A stretch of DNA of 63,009 nt, filler included, from Octopus bimaculoides (Eukaryota): assembly GCF_001194135.2 (NCBI RefSeq). It is 4 parts of 4 records of this genome, joined end to end, with 100 filler letters (N's around TTAATTAATTAA, not from the genome) between each part and the next. Parts side by side here need not be neighbours in the genome. Positions count along the whole stretch, not along the records: positions 1 to 29,459 come from NC_068981.1; 3 more parts are not named here. The stretch is one strand, 5' to 3'. Position 1 is the stretch's first letter; each line of letters opens with the position of its first letter. Under the pieces are notes generated by a model. The model worked only from the letters and a program-made list of their open reading frames with translations, was not told the origin of the DNA and did no database searches. Positions 12,386 to 25,499 of the stretch are shown piece after piece. A program made the translations under genes and the position numbers.

Positions 12386-12850
12386 TATATNNNNNNNNNN
12401 NNNNNNNNNNNNNNNNNNNNNNNNNNNNNNNNNNNNNNNNNNNNNNNNNNNNNNNNNNNNNNNNNNNNNNNNNNNNNNNNNNNNNNNNNNNNNNNNNNNN
12501 NNNNNNNNNNNNNNNNNNNNNNNNNNNNNNNNNNNNNNNNNNNNNNNNNNNNNNNNNNNNNNNNNNNNNNNNNNNNNNNNNNNNNNNNNNNNNNNNNNNN
12601 NNNNNNNNNNNNNNNNNNNNNNNNNNNNNNNNNNNNNNNNNNNNNNNNNNNNNNNNNNNNNNNNNNNNNNNNNNNNNNNNNNNNNNNNNNNNNNNNNNNN
12701 NNNNNNNNNNNNNNNNNNNNNNNNNNNNNNNNNNNNNNNNNNNNNNNNNNNNNNNNNNNNNNNNNNNNNNNNNNNNNNNNNNNNNNNNNNNNNNNNNNNN
12801 NNNNNNNNNNNNNNNNNNNNNNNNNNNNNNNNNNNNNNNNNNNNNNNNNN

Positions 12851-13143
12851 AGCGAAAATACCTAAAGCTCCACGAGGCTCTGGCAGGAGATGGTGGTGAA
12901 CCCTGCTGTACTCTTTCACCACAACTTTCTCTCACTCTTACTTCCTGTTTCCGTTGTGTCTGTATTTCAAAAGGTCAGCCTTGTCACACTGTATCACGCT
13001 GAATATCCCCGAGAACTACGTTAAGGGTACACGTGTCTGTGGAGTGCTCAGCCACTTGCACGTTAATTTCACGAGCAGGCTGTTCCGTTGATCGGATCAA
13101 CTGGAACCCTTGACGTCGTAAGCGACGGAGTGCCAACAACAAC
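12851..13143 (+). mobile_element. SINE family C, 3' part with (ACA)n tail
   Basis: gtggagtgctcagccacttgcacgttaatttcacgagcaggctgttccgttgatcggatcaact... recurs almost identically at 31376-31487. Confidence 0.8.
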
Positions 13144-13960
13144 AGTATGCGCCCGTTCAAAAATGTTAAACTTCTTACCGGTGTTCGGATTCTCGAACTC
13201 CGACTGACTGGGTCAGGTAATGGCGTATATTCTGAACTAATGTAGATGGAGTGGTAGTAGACCATGTCAGCACGTGTGTATGTGTGTAACCGCCTGCAAA
13301 TGCGCTTGCGTATATGTATGAACTTCATGATAATTTGGACTTTGCTCTGCCTTTTCTTTTCTGTCCCCATCTCTCTCTGTCTTTGTCTGTCTATCTCTGT
13401 CTCTGTCTATCTCTCTCTTTTCTCTTTCTTTCTCTGTCTCTTTCTGACACGTGCGCGCGCGCACACCACACACGCACACACACACACGCACACACACGTA
13501 CACACGCGCGCACCCCCCCACACACACACACTGATTCTTTTTCGATAATTAGGTATGCATATCTTCAATTTTGTAAATGTAGTTATGCAGCAAATTGTAT
13601 TCTTCTACTTCATTTTCTTCTAACGCTGTGAAATTGGCAATACAACTTCCATTATAAATAGCCTAATAACCACTGATGAAAAGTACAGATAGACGAGTAA
13701 TCGGTGAAATATCAAATGAGAGATAGAATAAGTGTGTGTGTGTTTGTGATAGCTAGATAGGGACTGAAAAGTTATTTGGGATGGTTATCCGTTGTCTCCT
13801 TCAGTATACGAAAGTGTCGGTCAAAGTTAAAGATTTTCTTTGAAGCTTTGCCAAAATACAATTTTGGCGACAATGTTAAGACGTTGATTTATAATGATTA
13901 TAAACAAAAATTCATTTTCAGTCCTTTCTTAAAAGGTGTGCATATACACATATATACGAC

Positions 13961-14027
<67 letters not shown>

Positions 14028-14227
14028 NNNNNNNNNNNNNNNNNNNNNNNNNNNNNNNNNNNNATGGAGGAGAATATGCGGTATCCATCGACTTGCAGAC
14101 AGTGTATTCCATTGAATTAATTTGTTTATTTTGTAACTAAAATGACAAAAACCGCAATATACAGATGCTTATGACATACCATGTCATATTAACAATTAAG
14201 GTTGCAAATATAAAGTACATTTAGCAA

Positions 14228-14850
14228 TTGGAGAATATTTCTGCAAAATACATGCGATAAAGCGTATTTTTACCCCGCCCTACCATCCGAAGTCAAACGG
14301 GCAGGTAGAAAGATTCGTTGATACTTTCAAGGCGAGCGTTAAAAAAGCAAGAAGTGACGTAGGAACTGACGAAGCGCTAACGAAATTCTTGAGGGTATAT
14401 AGAGTGACGCCCAATCTGAATACCAATTCAGGAAAGTCTCCGGCAGAGTTAATGTTCGCGCGAAAAATAAAATCGATCTCCGATAAATTATTGCCAGGAA
14501 AAAATATATTTAAAGGAAATACAGAAAAGGCAACAAAACATTTCGAAGTAGGAGATAAAGTTCATTTTAAAATTTACAAAAATGGTAAAGAAGACTGGAA
14601 TGATGGTTTTGTAACTAAAAGATTAGGAAACATGATGTATGGAATTAAAGGACAACGTCGGAAACATAAGAGACACCTAAACCAATTTAAGACGTGATAT
14701 ACTGAAGATGGTAAGGAAATAACAATGGAAGTCTGCTATGACATGTTTGAGGTGCTAGCACCGAAAGAGATTGACCCTCGTAGAAGCAGCAGTAAAAAAA
14801 GGAAACAGATTGTACACTTAGAAATAATGCCAAAACGAAAAAGATATTAA
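14228..14850 (+). pseudogene. Ty3/Gypsy integrase C-terminal fragment
   Basis: Translates as FTPPYHPKSNGQVERFVDTFK...FLRVYRVTPN...KSPAELMFARKIKS...FEVGDKV...RHLNQ. Confidence 0.9.
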
Positions 14851-14865
14851 AGAAGTCGAAATCTC

Positions 14866-15079
14866 AAAAGGGAGATGTTGTGATGAGAGTCACGACGTCC
14901 TCTTTCGAGAAATAGACTGGACCGAACGATTATAAATAGTAGCGCTAGGAGTGAAGTTTGTGTGTTAGTTCGAGTTCGCAGTGAAGTCGGAAGGTATCGG
15001 ATGGTTAGTTTGTGAAGAGATTGTTGGATTATTACGTTGTTATAACGGCTGAATCATTATCTTGTTTACTATTACAACA
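14866..15079 (+). mobile_element. Polypurine tract plus short 3' LTR (204 bp) of the Gypsy element
   Basis: aaaagggaga (14866-14875) is followed directly by TGTTGTGA (14876) and the segment closes with TTACAACA (15072-15079), giving TG...CA inverted termini. Confidence 0.8.
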
Positions 15080-18000
15080 CTGGTACAGTGTATCTAAACT
15101 ATCCCTCACAATATCGTGGCGGTACCACGGCACTGGAGACAGAGGATACAACAGAAGTTCATGTCAGCATTTATCTTGAAGGATTGTCCGTTTTTGAAAT
15201 TTATTTCGGAACCAGTTATGCACAGGTTCTTACAGAAAATTTAGTGAATATTACCTTGATAAAAAGGTTCTTGAGCTTTCTAAGCAGACACTTACTGTAA
15301 TAGTTGGGGTTTTGAGGAGTGGATAGTGTATGATACAGTGTGTGTATGTGAACGTGTGTATCGCGAACTGTAGTTAAATGCGCAATGTTTTAATTTGTAT
15401 AGATGTTATATAGCATCTAATGTATGGCAAAACATCTCAGGTTTGTGCATTTAGATGTGCCAGACTCATTTTTTCAATATAATGTATCCAGCTAAGAATG
15501 TTAATGAATATATATGCTCTAAACAGCTCGCGTATATTCGTACAAATACACACAATACACATATGCACTCTAGTAGGTATGCTTGCGCATATGACATGTA
15601 GTGAATTATTTGGTGTTATGAATTATAAGATTAGTGTGAGGTAAATGAAGCGTACCTACGTACAATATTTATGTGTACTGCGTTGTAGTGTGGAGAAATA
15701 TATGTATTAATGGTAGGTTGGAGGTGTGTATGCAGATGTGAGATGAAATGGTGTGTATCGGCGTTTCCGAATGTGCGTGCACATGGGAAATAAATAAACA
15801 AATCGATATGTCAGTACGTGTGTAATATGTTCAGCATGTATGGATTTATAGATGTATAGAACAGTGTATGTGGTTTGTGACATGTGTTTGTAAGTGTGCT
15901 GTATTAGACGGGTGATGTAATATGAGTGGGTAGAAATCGGCATGGTAGAATGCAGGTAGTTGAACGTGACCGCTTTATTCATACTCGAAACGGAGGAGCA
16001 GTCGAGTGGGAGATGAGGTAATGTTCTTTGTGAAAGTGAAACGCAAGGGATCCGTGGTGTGAAGTAACTCACAGACAACAACAACAACAGTACACATGTA
16101 CATTGTTAGAGAGACCTAGAAAGAAATACAAAATGCTATTCTTTGCAAACATTCCTTCGAACGAAAAGATGTCCAATAGGAAACTTTTCGTTGAAATAAC
16201 GAAAGCTTGGAACATTCTGTATGCATAACAGCTACCAACCTATCAAAATCCATCTTAGGAGCACGCTAAATGGGAAAAGTAACTCACCTGTGCTTTACCA
16301 GGTAAGATGGGTTTTCTTCGTCCCATCATAGGAAACAGCCTTGGAAAATATGTTCAGTGAAATGTTTATTAGGAGAGGGAGCAAATATCGCACCATGAAT
16401 GGCCTCTTGAAAACAATTGACGAGGCGAAAGTACAAACCCAAATTATACGTGACACACCTGCACACACGCCAATCTTGCCTGGTTTGAGAATGAGAACAG
16501 AAAAGACAATGTCAGGGACATCGAAGTGGACGTCGACTCTTGATTAGTAGTCAATTTCGTAACACAATATGGACATGAGATCAGTGCATGTGTAACATTT
16601 AGCGACATGTGGTCAGGTGGGATTACCACAGACATGCAAGTTCGCATGATCATGCATGCCCACTAAACTATACCAGAACTGTGTCCTGTAGAAAATACTA
16701 AGCGGAAGTGTAATACTCATGGTCCAATGTAGACGATCCAGCTGTATCAGGTATAGTATTTAAGGGAGCAGAGAAACCCTAAAATAAGTAAAGCATATAA
16801 AACAACCTATGGAAGTTACAGGTTCTAAGGGGTCAACTCATAAGTCGATAAATAACAGTGCCCTGTTCTTATTCTAAGACGTAAACCACAAGAACTCCCT
16901 TTTTCACCCATAATCAAAGAAGGTAAAGAAAATCACTCTCAACAACAACAAGAGCTATAATTGAGCGACCAGGAAGCACACACCCTTATTGCAGTATTAT
17001 CCTTTCATCTTCCATGACGATGAGAACTAGACAGAGCTCGAAGGAAATGATCTCAAGAAACACTATTAATATGAAACGCAGGTTACCCTCCTGTGAAGAG
17101 TAGGAAACTACTTTCCACGAAGGAAATCTCATATCTTATGAAGGAGAGCCCGTATCTTTTGAGAGGGAACACACCTCCTTCCTGACGAAAATGAAATTTA
17201 CTATCTTCCACAAATCTAACAAAGTCTCATAGAATATTTATACGATAAACGTCAAGAATTTCTAGTTGAAGTACGGATCGAGAAGGAAACTAGATCACAT
17301 TTTAAACATTAAAATGGTTGAATACTAGTAGAAATTTCGGATAGGCATTATAAAGTGTATATATCATTATGAAGAGTATATACGTGTATATATCAACAAT
17401 GAAACTCCTAATGAGGTCCGGTCCCTTCTTTAATACCCCTCCGGCAACTCAGCGATTTTTACTCAATTCCCTTGAGTGAAGGACGCTCCAATATAAAGCC
17501 TGAAACTTTACATTGGTCCGCACCGTCGTCTTAGCTGGTCACCACAGTCGTTTTAACTCACTGGGCCTCTGTAGTCAGACCTCCGCGAGTGGGATCAAAT
17601 TGCACAGATTGATTGTCACTTTAAAACTACTAAGCGCAAGCAGGAAGAAAAGATCTACAACGTCATGGGTCGGTTTTAACATTCATATAAAGGTGTGCCG
17701 CTCTTCGGACACAAAGAACTTACCTTTAGCTCAATAGTTCAAAGGTTATGGGATCTAACTTGCCCACTCTAACCCACTCTCATATAAAATACTGGAATTT
17801 CCATCGAAAAGGATCATGATTAACCCAAGTAGCCGTTCAGTTTTTATATACATATTTTGTTCCAGTTATTGTTTTATCGTACTTTTTTTAAATATTTATT
17901 CCACGTAAAAATCTCGTTTTGACGAAAAATGGTATTACTGTACAAATATATATTGCTGTACTGTACTTCCATATTGTAATAAATTATTTAGTCTTGTCGA

Positions 18001-18096
18001 AATGCTGTATGGTGATATCCGAAGCATCAACCGTATAAAATTTCAATTTTAGTTGCTGTTACATATATACATCCATATATATATATACATACATAC

Positions 18097-18152
<56 letters not shown>

Positions 18153-19004
18153 NNNNNNNNNNNNNNNNNNNNNNNNNNNNNNNNNNNNNNNNNNNNNNNN
18201 NNNNNNNNNNNNNNNNNNNNNNNNNNNNNNNNNNNNNNNNNNNNNNNNNNNNNNNNNNNNNNNNNNNNNNNNNNNNNNNNNNNNNNNNNNNNNNNNNNNN
18301 NNNNNNNNNNNNNNNNNNNNNNNNNNNNNNNNNNNNNNNNNNNNNNNNNNNNNTATATATATATGCATAGTTCTATGTGTATGTGTGTATATATATGAAT
18401 GTATGTATATATGTATATATATATATATATATATACATACATACATACATACATACATACATACACACATGTCAGTACAGACATACATATGTTATACTAT
18501 ACATTACAGCAGCTATTTTGTAAAAGTAATGCTTGAGATATTTATCTTTTAATTATTTCTTTGTTATATAAATATCACGACTTCAAAGACAACAAAGCTT
18601 TAGTGTCGAACATTATGATACACTGCTAGCGTTTGATTGGAAGATAGAAGTGTATGCTTCACATTCTCGGCCGCTGCTTATAAAGGATTATTTGTTATTA
18701 TAACCATAGGTGATTGCAAGCATTGTAAGGATAGAATTCCATAAAAGTACATGAAAATTAGGTTAAAGCGAACTTCGGTATTATTGAAATGCAGCTGAAT
18801 TGCGAACAAAATCTAAACAAGAACTTTCAAGTACACACAAACGCTTACTGGATTACATGCATGTACGATTGTACATATAGCCTCGTATACACACACGCAG
18901 ACATACACATACCGCATACACATACACACATATAAAAAACATACATGAAAACATACATACGGAAAAACGAGTACTGAGTACCATAGGTACAGTTTTATAG
19001 TATA

Positions 19005-19475
19005 CTAGTTGAATTACCCGGCGTTACCCTGGATACTGCTGTTCTTATTCAGATTAGTAAACAATAGATATGAAGATATATTTTTTCTCATAATTATTTC
19101 AAAATATCTATATTTTATTTTGAAATATCCAAATTGTAATGATAATAGAATTTAGAACTGAAAATCTGTCAGTCTTGAAACACCTCGGGGTCAACAATAT
19201 TCATTGTGTAATTTTTTGTTGGTACCCAAATGAATAAACTGTTGCTGCTTCCAGCTCGTGAGCAACCAGCATAGAGTTGGCTGTGTGAGAATCATGTAGT
19301 AGAGAGATGAAGTCCAACTATCTTGAGGGATTGATGCTGAGATTTGTTAATTGAAATACCAAAACTTAGTTTGTCTGGAAACTGAAGCCTCTTAAATTCA
19401 AATGGAACATCTGTAGGTGTGAGAGGAATTTTTGGAATAAAGACATTTTCTTCTTTGTGACTATCTGTTATGATT
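19005..19475 (-). mobile_element. Helitron 3' end (PIF1-like helicase C-terminus plus CTAG terminus)
   Basis: Minus strand reads VFIPKIPLTPTDVPFEFKRLQFPDKLSFGISINKSQHQSL...FSHSQLYAGCSR...NIVDPEVFQD*, then cagggtaacgccgggtaattcaaCTAG|T at 19005. Confidence 0.88.
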
Positions 19476-19479
19476 GTTG

Positions 19480-19760
19480 CCTGTAGTTGGCACGGGTTGG
19501 ACGGTTTGATCGGAGCTGGCCAGCTGGAGGGCTTCCCGGACTTCATTTTATCTGTTTTGACATGGTTTTCACGGCTAGATACTCTTCCTAACGCCAACCA
19601 GTTAACAGAGTGGACTGGATACATATAACGCGGCACCGGCACGGACGTTTTTACGTGGCACCAGCACTAGCGCGTTTACATGGCACCGTTACGGGTGCCT
19701 TTAAGTGGCACTGGCACGGATGCTTTTTCTGTAGCACCAGTACGGATTGCTTCTACGGTT
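19480..19760 (-). mobile_element. V-SINE-like element, degenerate
   Basis: ggctagatactcttcctaacgccaacc is the reverse complement of a V-domain-like ggttggcgttaggaagggcatcc motif. Related copies lie at 38283 and 62455. Confidence 0.6.
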
Positions 19761-19770
19761 TTTATGATGT

Positions 19771-20354
19771 AATATCTGTAGAACTAACCTTAACAAAATA
19801 ATGGAAAAAGCACTGCTAACGCAGTAGAGCCTGGTGTTGACTTATAAATACATCTAATATACTTTATAGCATATCATGATTGCGTAACGAAATACCACGT
19901 ACCTACAAACTATTAATATTTACATACCATCTCCAGAAATGCGTTTAATATGTAAATTAGTATATCCAGTAACTTAACGCCGCTTTTGGTCGAGTCAGTC
20001 TCTTACATTGCTATATAAGATAATGTGTTCGGAGGCGAGAATGAGTTAGATGGGTGCTGATGAATGGGCAAAAACCCCCGAAATATAGTATATACACTCA
20101 TTACCCATTTTTGTCTTCGATCTCATTGGTTGTTTACATTTGACGTCCCGATACGAAACGTTGTGGCAAAAATCATTACTGGCTATAATTTCTATAGAAT
20201 ATCTGTAGAAATAACCTTAACAATATAATGTAGAAAGCGCTGCTAACGCAGTAGAACGTGGTGTTAACTTGTAACAATATTTAATATACTTTATAATATA
20301 TTATGGTCGCATAACGAAATACCACATACGTACAACTCATTAAAATGTATTACG
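19771..20354 (+). repeat. About 155-bp direct repeat pair (19771-19925, 20198-20354), period 427 bp
   Basis: aatatctgtagaa.taaccttaacaa...gctaacgcagtaga...taacgaaataccac occurs in both copies, roughly 75-80% identical by eye. Confidence 0.9.
20040..20110 (+). ncRNA. Type I hammerhead-ribozyme-like motif with degenerate stem II
   Basis: atgggtg-CTGATGA-atggg/caaaaa/ccccc-GAAA-tat/agt/ata-TA-cactcat. Stem I is at least 7 bp, stem III is 4 bp, and the predicted AUA cleavage is after 20094. Confidence 0.55.
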
Positions 20355-20654
20355 TATGTAAATGTATAATATTAATAATGAAAGAATAATTCGAAGTAAC
20401 GGAGATATCTCATTCATATTTAAATACTTACATACAGCTAAAACAAAAACCTGAATTTTCCTAAAGAAATGATAGAATACTGCTTAAATGGTTTTACGTT
20501 GATTTTTGTATTGTTGTCTAGCGCCATAGAGCCATTCTTTGTCTTGGTTTAAGAGTGGAGCTGGTTGAGATGGAGCTTATCCCTAATAAACTATGAAGAT
20601 CATGAGACTAGTGTTCTAAAGATGTGTTCTAAAGCAAAATTTTAAGTTACTTGC

Positions 20655-21660
20655 CTCCCTTTTTAATTTTGCATGCCTCAGCAAAAATCAAGACCCAAGT
20701 CAATTTTGATCAGAGATCTCCTCTTGCAGATGACGTAGCATTGGTTGCTCACAGCAAGTCGACTCTACAGACAATGATGGAGCACTTTCACAAGCCTGCA
20801 AAGCATTTGCACTTGTAATCAGAGTTAAGAAGACCGCTATTCTAACACAAAATCGCACAACTCAAGGCAACATGATGCTGGAGACAAGCCTTCGGAAGTT
20901 GTAAAAAAATTCAATCTCACGTTCCCTAGACGACGAAATATGTTTCAGGATAGGAAAAGCTGCTACAGCCTTTGGTAGACTCAGCAAAAGAGCATGGAAC
21001 AAGATGCACACAATGAAAACCAAAATAAGGATTTCTGGAGCATGCATGCTGAGCACACTCCTCTACTGATCAGAGATCTGGACACTACACACAGGACAAG
21101 GGAATAGACTCAATGTTTTTCATCTGAGATGCCTGAGCAAGATATTTGGCATCACCTGGCAAGACAAAGCAACCAACACAGAAGTCTTGAAATAGACAGC
21201 ACTTCCGAGCATGACAAAGTGGCTAAGTTGACTTGGACATGTGAAACGTATCGATGACAATAGAATTCCCAAATAGCTGTTATATGATGTCTTGGCTTAG
21301 GGTAGCAGACCCAGAGGACGACCACAGCTGATAATTTAAGGACACATATAAGAACAGGCTCACCAATACATGGGAAAAGTTAGCTGAAGACAGAATAGCA
21401 TGGAAAACCTCAGTTAATAAAGGAATCAAACAGCTCGAGGAAGAAAACATCCTGGCCCCCAAAGCAAAACATCAAAGAAAGAAAGACAGCACACAGCAGC
21501 CCTGCAGCACCTTCCTTGCTTGCAGATTTTGCAGTAGAACTTGCTCATCAAATATAGGGAAGATCAGCCATGAGAGAAGCTGTAGGAAGAACACTACGAG
21601 TACCTAATTAAAACATCCTCCGCCACTGCCTAGATTGTATGTCAAGACGTAAAGAGTCGA
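20655..21660 (+). pseudogene. RTE-clade LINE, RT C-terminus to 3' end
   Basis: Translates as IRDLLFADDVALVAH, RIGKAATAFGRL, LRCLSKIFGITWQDK, LGHVKRIDDNRIPK, GSRPRGRP, with a terminal CxxC...H zinc finger. Several stops and frameshifts. Confidence 0.92.
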
Positions 21661-22392
21661 ATAATATTATATAATATAATATGATATAATATAATATAAT
21701 ATAATATATATATATATATATNNNNNNNNNNNNNNNNNNNNNNNNNNNNNNNNNNNNNNNNNNNNNNNNNNNNNNNNNNNNNNNNNNNNNNNNNNNNNNN
21801 NNNNNNNNNNNNNNNNNNNNNNNNNNNNNNNNNNNNNNNNNNNNNNNNNNNNNNNNNNNNNNNNNNNNNNNNNNNNNNNNNNNNNNNNNNNNNNNNNNNN
21901 NNNNNNNNNNNNNNNNNNNNNNNNNNNNNNNNNNNNNNNNNNNNNNNNNNNNNNNNNNNNNNNNNNATATATATATATATATATATATAAACTGAATGGA
22001 ACCAAGATTACAGTAGATTTATCTTTCGATTTTTCAGACAAATAAGAAATCAATGAAAATATTGTATATATGAATTAATGGTTGAGGACGAGAGAAATGA
22101 GTAAAAGAAAGTGAGAAAGAGAGAGAAAAGGAGAGAGAGAGAGAAAGAAGCAGAGAATAGAGAGGGGAGGAAGCGAAAGGTAGAAATAGGAGTGTAGAGA
22201 AGAGAAGCGAAGGAAGATAATGGTTCAAGAACGGTTTATCGTCAGAGGTTTTATCGTGAGAGGCCAATTTGAGTTTGTCGTGCGAGACCAATTTAAAATA
22301 AAGGAAGCAAAGAGATTAATTTAAGCGTATAGAACACGGTTGGACTGGAAGCAGTTAATTATTTAAATCAGCTTACTGATAAGGTTGACTTC

Positions 22393-22484
22393 GTAAATGA
22401 TAATGCTGCATTAGTAAATGATAATGCTGCATTAGTAAATGATAATGCTGCATTAGTAAATGATAATTGCTGCATTAGTAAATG
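22393..22484. repeat. 21-bp tandem repeat, about 4.3 copies (gtaaatgataatgctgcatta)
   Basis: Three perfect units, one unit with a 1-bp insertion, and a partial unit. Confidence 0.95.
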
Positions 22485-22915
22485 CTATTGTTTTAAAGAA
22501 ATATGTAATTTTCATGGAAAAATTGTTAATCCTTTGTAGAATTTGTTTAATGTAAGGTGTGTATTGACGCTTTGAAATATAATGCTAATTACGATTGATG
22601 TTAATAAGGCGTTGGCTAAGAGACGAAGAGAGGAGAGGTTTGGATAATATGGAGGCAAGGATAGAGAGAGATAGAGACGGTGAAAACAATGTAAAGAACT
22701 ATGATCTATACACTTAACAGTGGAAACAGTAGAAAGAAATTGTGAATGATTTGGAGGAGGAGTAACAGCACCGAGTTGTTAGTAATGAAGTAGGAGGGTT
22801 TATCATGGGCGAGCGAGATTAACAATTTTTTGAGAGAGAAACTGTTGGAACAGATAATAAGAAAACAGAGTTAATTTGTTAAAATAACAGTTCATTGGTT
22901 ATGGCTCGGAATTCA

Positions 22916-22917
<2 letters not shown>

Positions 22918-22984
<67 letters not shown>

Positions 22985-23002
22985 AAAAAAGAAAGAAAGA
23001 AA
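22918..23002. repeat. (GAAA)n microsatellite
   Basis: Read directly from the sequence. Confidence 0.97.
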
Positions 23003-23284
23003 GCCGAGTATCATTCGAAGAGTCATATCGACTATGTCACCAGTTTAATATGAGCGTTTTTAATTAGGTTAAAATGCAGTTAACGGCCGTAAAGAAGTGA
23101 ATGTGAATTGTCCTGAGAGAGTAATAGTAAATTGCGATAGAGTCCAGAAGTGACAACAGTGGCATCCCAAAATTTCATAAAAAAACAACATAAAGAACCT
23201 CTCTCATCATTCCATGTTCCACAGGTGTCTGCCCACATGTATAGTACCTTCTAGTAATATATTAAGCATTTCAGAAGTGGCATG

Positions 23285-23316
<32 letters not shown>

Positions 23317-25224
23317 TGTATGTATGTATGTGTGTGCGTGTGTATGTATGTATATGTGTGTGTACGTATTTTTGTATGTATGTATGTATATATGTATGTA
23401 TGTCTGTATATATGCATCTATATGGATGGATGGATGTGTTTATGTATGTATGTATATGCGTGTATATATGTTTTTGTATCATGTCTATCTTTGTGCTCGT
23501 GTTTCTCTTCCACCAACGCTTGAGAACAGGTGCTAATTCGTTTACGCACCCGTAATCTAGCGGTTCGGCAAAGAGACGATATATACCAGGCAAAAAAAAT
23601 AAATACTGAGATCGATGTGTTGGACTTAAAACTCTTCAAGGCGATGCCCATCATTGGCCGTGTGCCTAAGTTAGAATTTGTTAGCAATTATGTCACAAGT
23701 GAGGCTCGACAGCGAATATAATTGTCATATTGAAATTAATTTATGATTTTATACGCGTTAGTGCTTCTGACCGAATGAATATAAGCTAAATAGTTGCATT
23801 GTACTAGATATCAACCTTCTTTTCCCCAAACAGCTTTACACATAAAAGTACACCGTTCAGTAAAAGTACATCTGTAGTGAATACCGTAAAGAAATGTTTA
23901 TTGAATTGTTATTGAGTTCAAAGTGATGATGTTATCTAGTAGAAGTCTATATTTTCTCTCATTGGAACCAGCTTTTCCTTAACAAATTTAACCGATAAAC
24001 CTGTCTTTTATCGCTCCGCGAGACGATAAAAGTATTAGCATTGATCGAAATTAAAGCAGAAAATATGTATATATATATATATCTATATATATATATATAT
24101 ATATATATATGNNNNNNNNNNNNNNNNNNNNNNNNNNNNNNNNNNNNNNNNNNNNNNNNNNNNNNNNNNNNNNNNNNNNNNNNNNNNNNNNNNNNNNNNN
24201 NNNNNNNNNNNNNNNNNNNNNNNNNNNNNNNNNNNNNNNNNNNNNNNNNNNNNNNNNNNNNNNNNNNNNNNNNNNNNNNNNNNNNNNNNNNNNNNNNNNN
24301 NNNNNNNNNNNNNNNNNNNNNNNNNNNNNNNNNNNNNNNNNNNNNNNNNNNNNNNNNNNNNNNNNNNNNNNNNNNNNNNNNNNNNNNNNNNNNNNNNNNN
24401 NNNNNNNNNNNNNNNNNNNNNNNNNNNNNNNNNNNNNNNNNNNNNNNNNNNNNNNNNNNNNNNNNNNNNNNNNNNNNNNNNNNNNNNNNNNNNNNNNNNN
24501 NNNNNNNNNNNNNNNNNNNNNNNNNNNNNNNNNNNNNNNNNNNNNNNNNNNNNNNNNNNNNNNNNNNNNNNNNNNNNNNNNNNNNNNNNNNNNNNNNNNN
24601 NNNNNNNNNNNNNNNNNNNNNNNNNNNNNNNNNNNNNNNNNNNNNNNNNNNNNNNNNNNNNNNNNNNNNNNNNNNNNNNNNNNNNNNNNNNNNNNNNNNN
24701 NNNNNNNNNNNNNNNNNNNNNNNNNNNNNNNNNNNNNNNNNNNNNNNNNNNNNNNNNNNNNNNNNNNNNNNNNNNNNNNNNNNNNNNNNNNNNNNNNNNN
24801 NNNNNNNNNNNNNNNNNNNNNNNNNNNNNNNNNNNNNNNNNNNNNNNNNNNNNNNNNNNNNNNNNNNNNNNNNNNNNNNNNNNNNNNNNNNNNNNNNNNN
24901 NNNNNNNNNNNNNNNNNNNNNNNNNNNNNNNNNNNNNNNNNNNNNNNNNNNNNNNNNNNNNNNNNNNNNNNNNNNNNNNNNNNNNNNNNNNNNNNNNNNN
25001 NNNNNNNNNNNNNNNNNNNNNNNNNNNNNNNNNNNNNNNNNNNNNNNNNNNNNNNNNNNNNNNNNNNNNNNNNNNNNNNNNNNNNNNNNNNNNNNNNNNN
25101 NNNNGTATGTGTGTGTGTGTGTGTGTGTGTGTGTCTGTGTCTGTGTGTGTGTGTGTCTGTGTGTCTGTATGTCTGTGTCTGTGTCTGTGTCTGTGTGTCT
25201 ATTTGTGTCTGTGTCTGTGCATCT

Positions 25225-25400
25225 TTGTGCCTGTGTTTGTCCCCCCACTACAGTTTGACAACTGGCGTTGGTGTGTTTACGTCCCCGTAACATACCGGGG
25301 CGGCACAAGAGACCGATAGAGTAAGATAAGTACCAGGCTTCAAAAAGCAAGCACTGGGGTCGATTCGTTCGACTAAAAATTTTTTCGAGGCGGTGCCCCA
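25225..25400 (+). mobile_element. SINE family B, 3' half
   Basis: ttgacaactggcgttggtgtgtttacgtccccgtaac...ggggtcgattcgttcgactaa matches 34895-35025, 56500-56700 and 62230-62440. Confidence 0.8.
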
Positions 25401-25499
25401 AGTTAAAGTTAATAAGATATTACTTCATTCCAAATTGCGTAAGACATGTTAGCTGATCCTATGCTTGTAATCTGATTGATAAACGACATATCATTTGGC

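Noticed and set aside
22393-22484. 21-, 32- and 34-bp arrays as CRISPR-like loci
   Set aside because: They are contiguous tandem units with no unique spacers, no cas genes, and a eukaryotic context.
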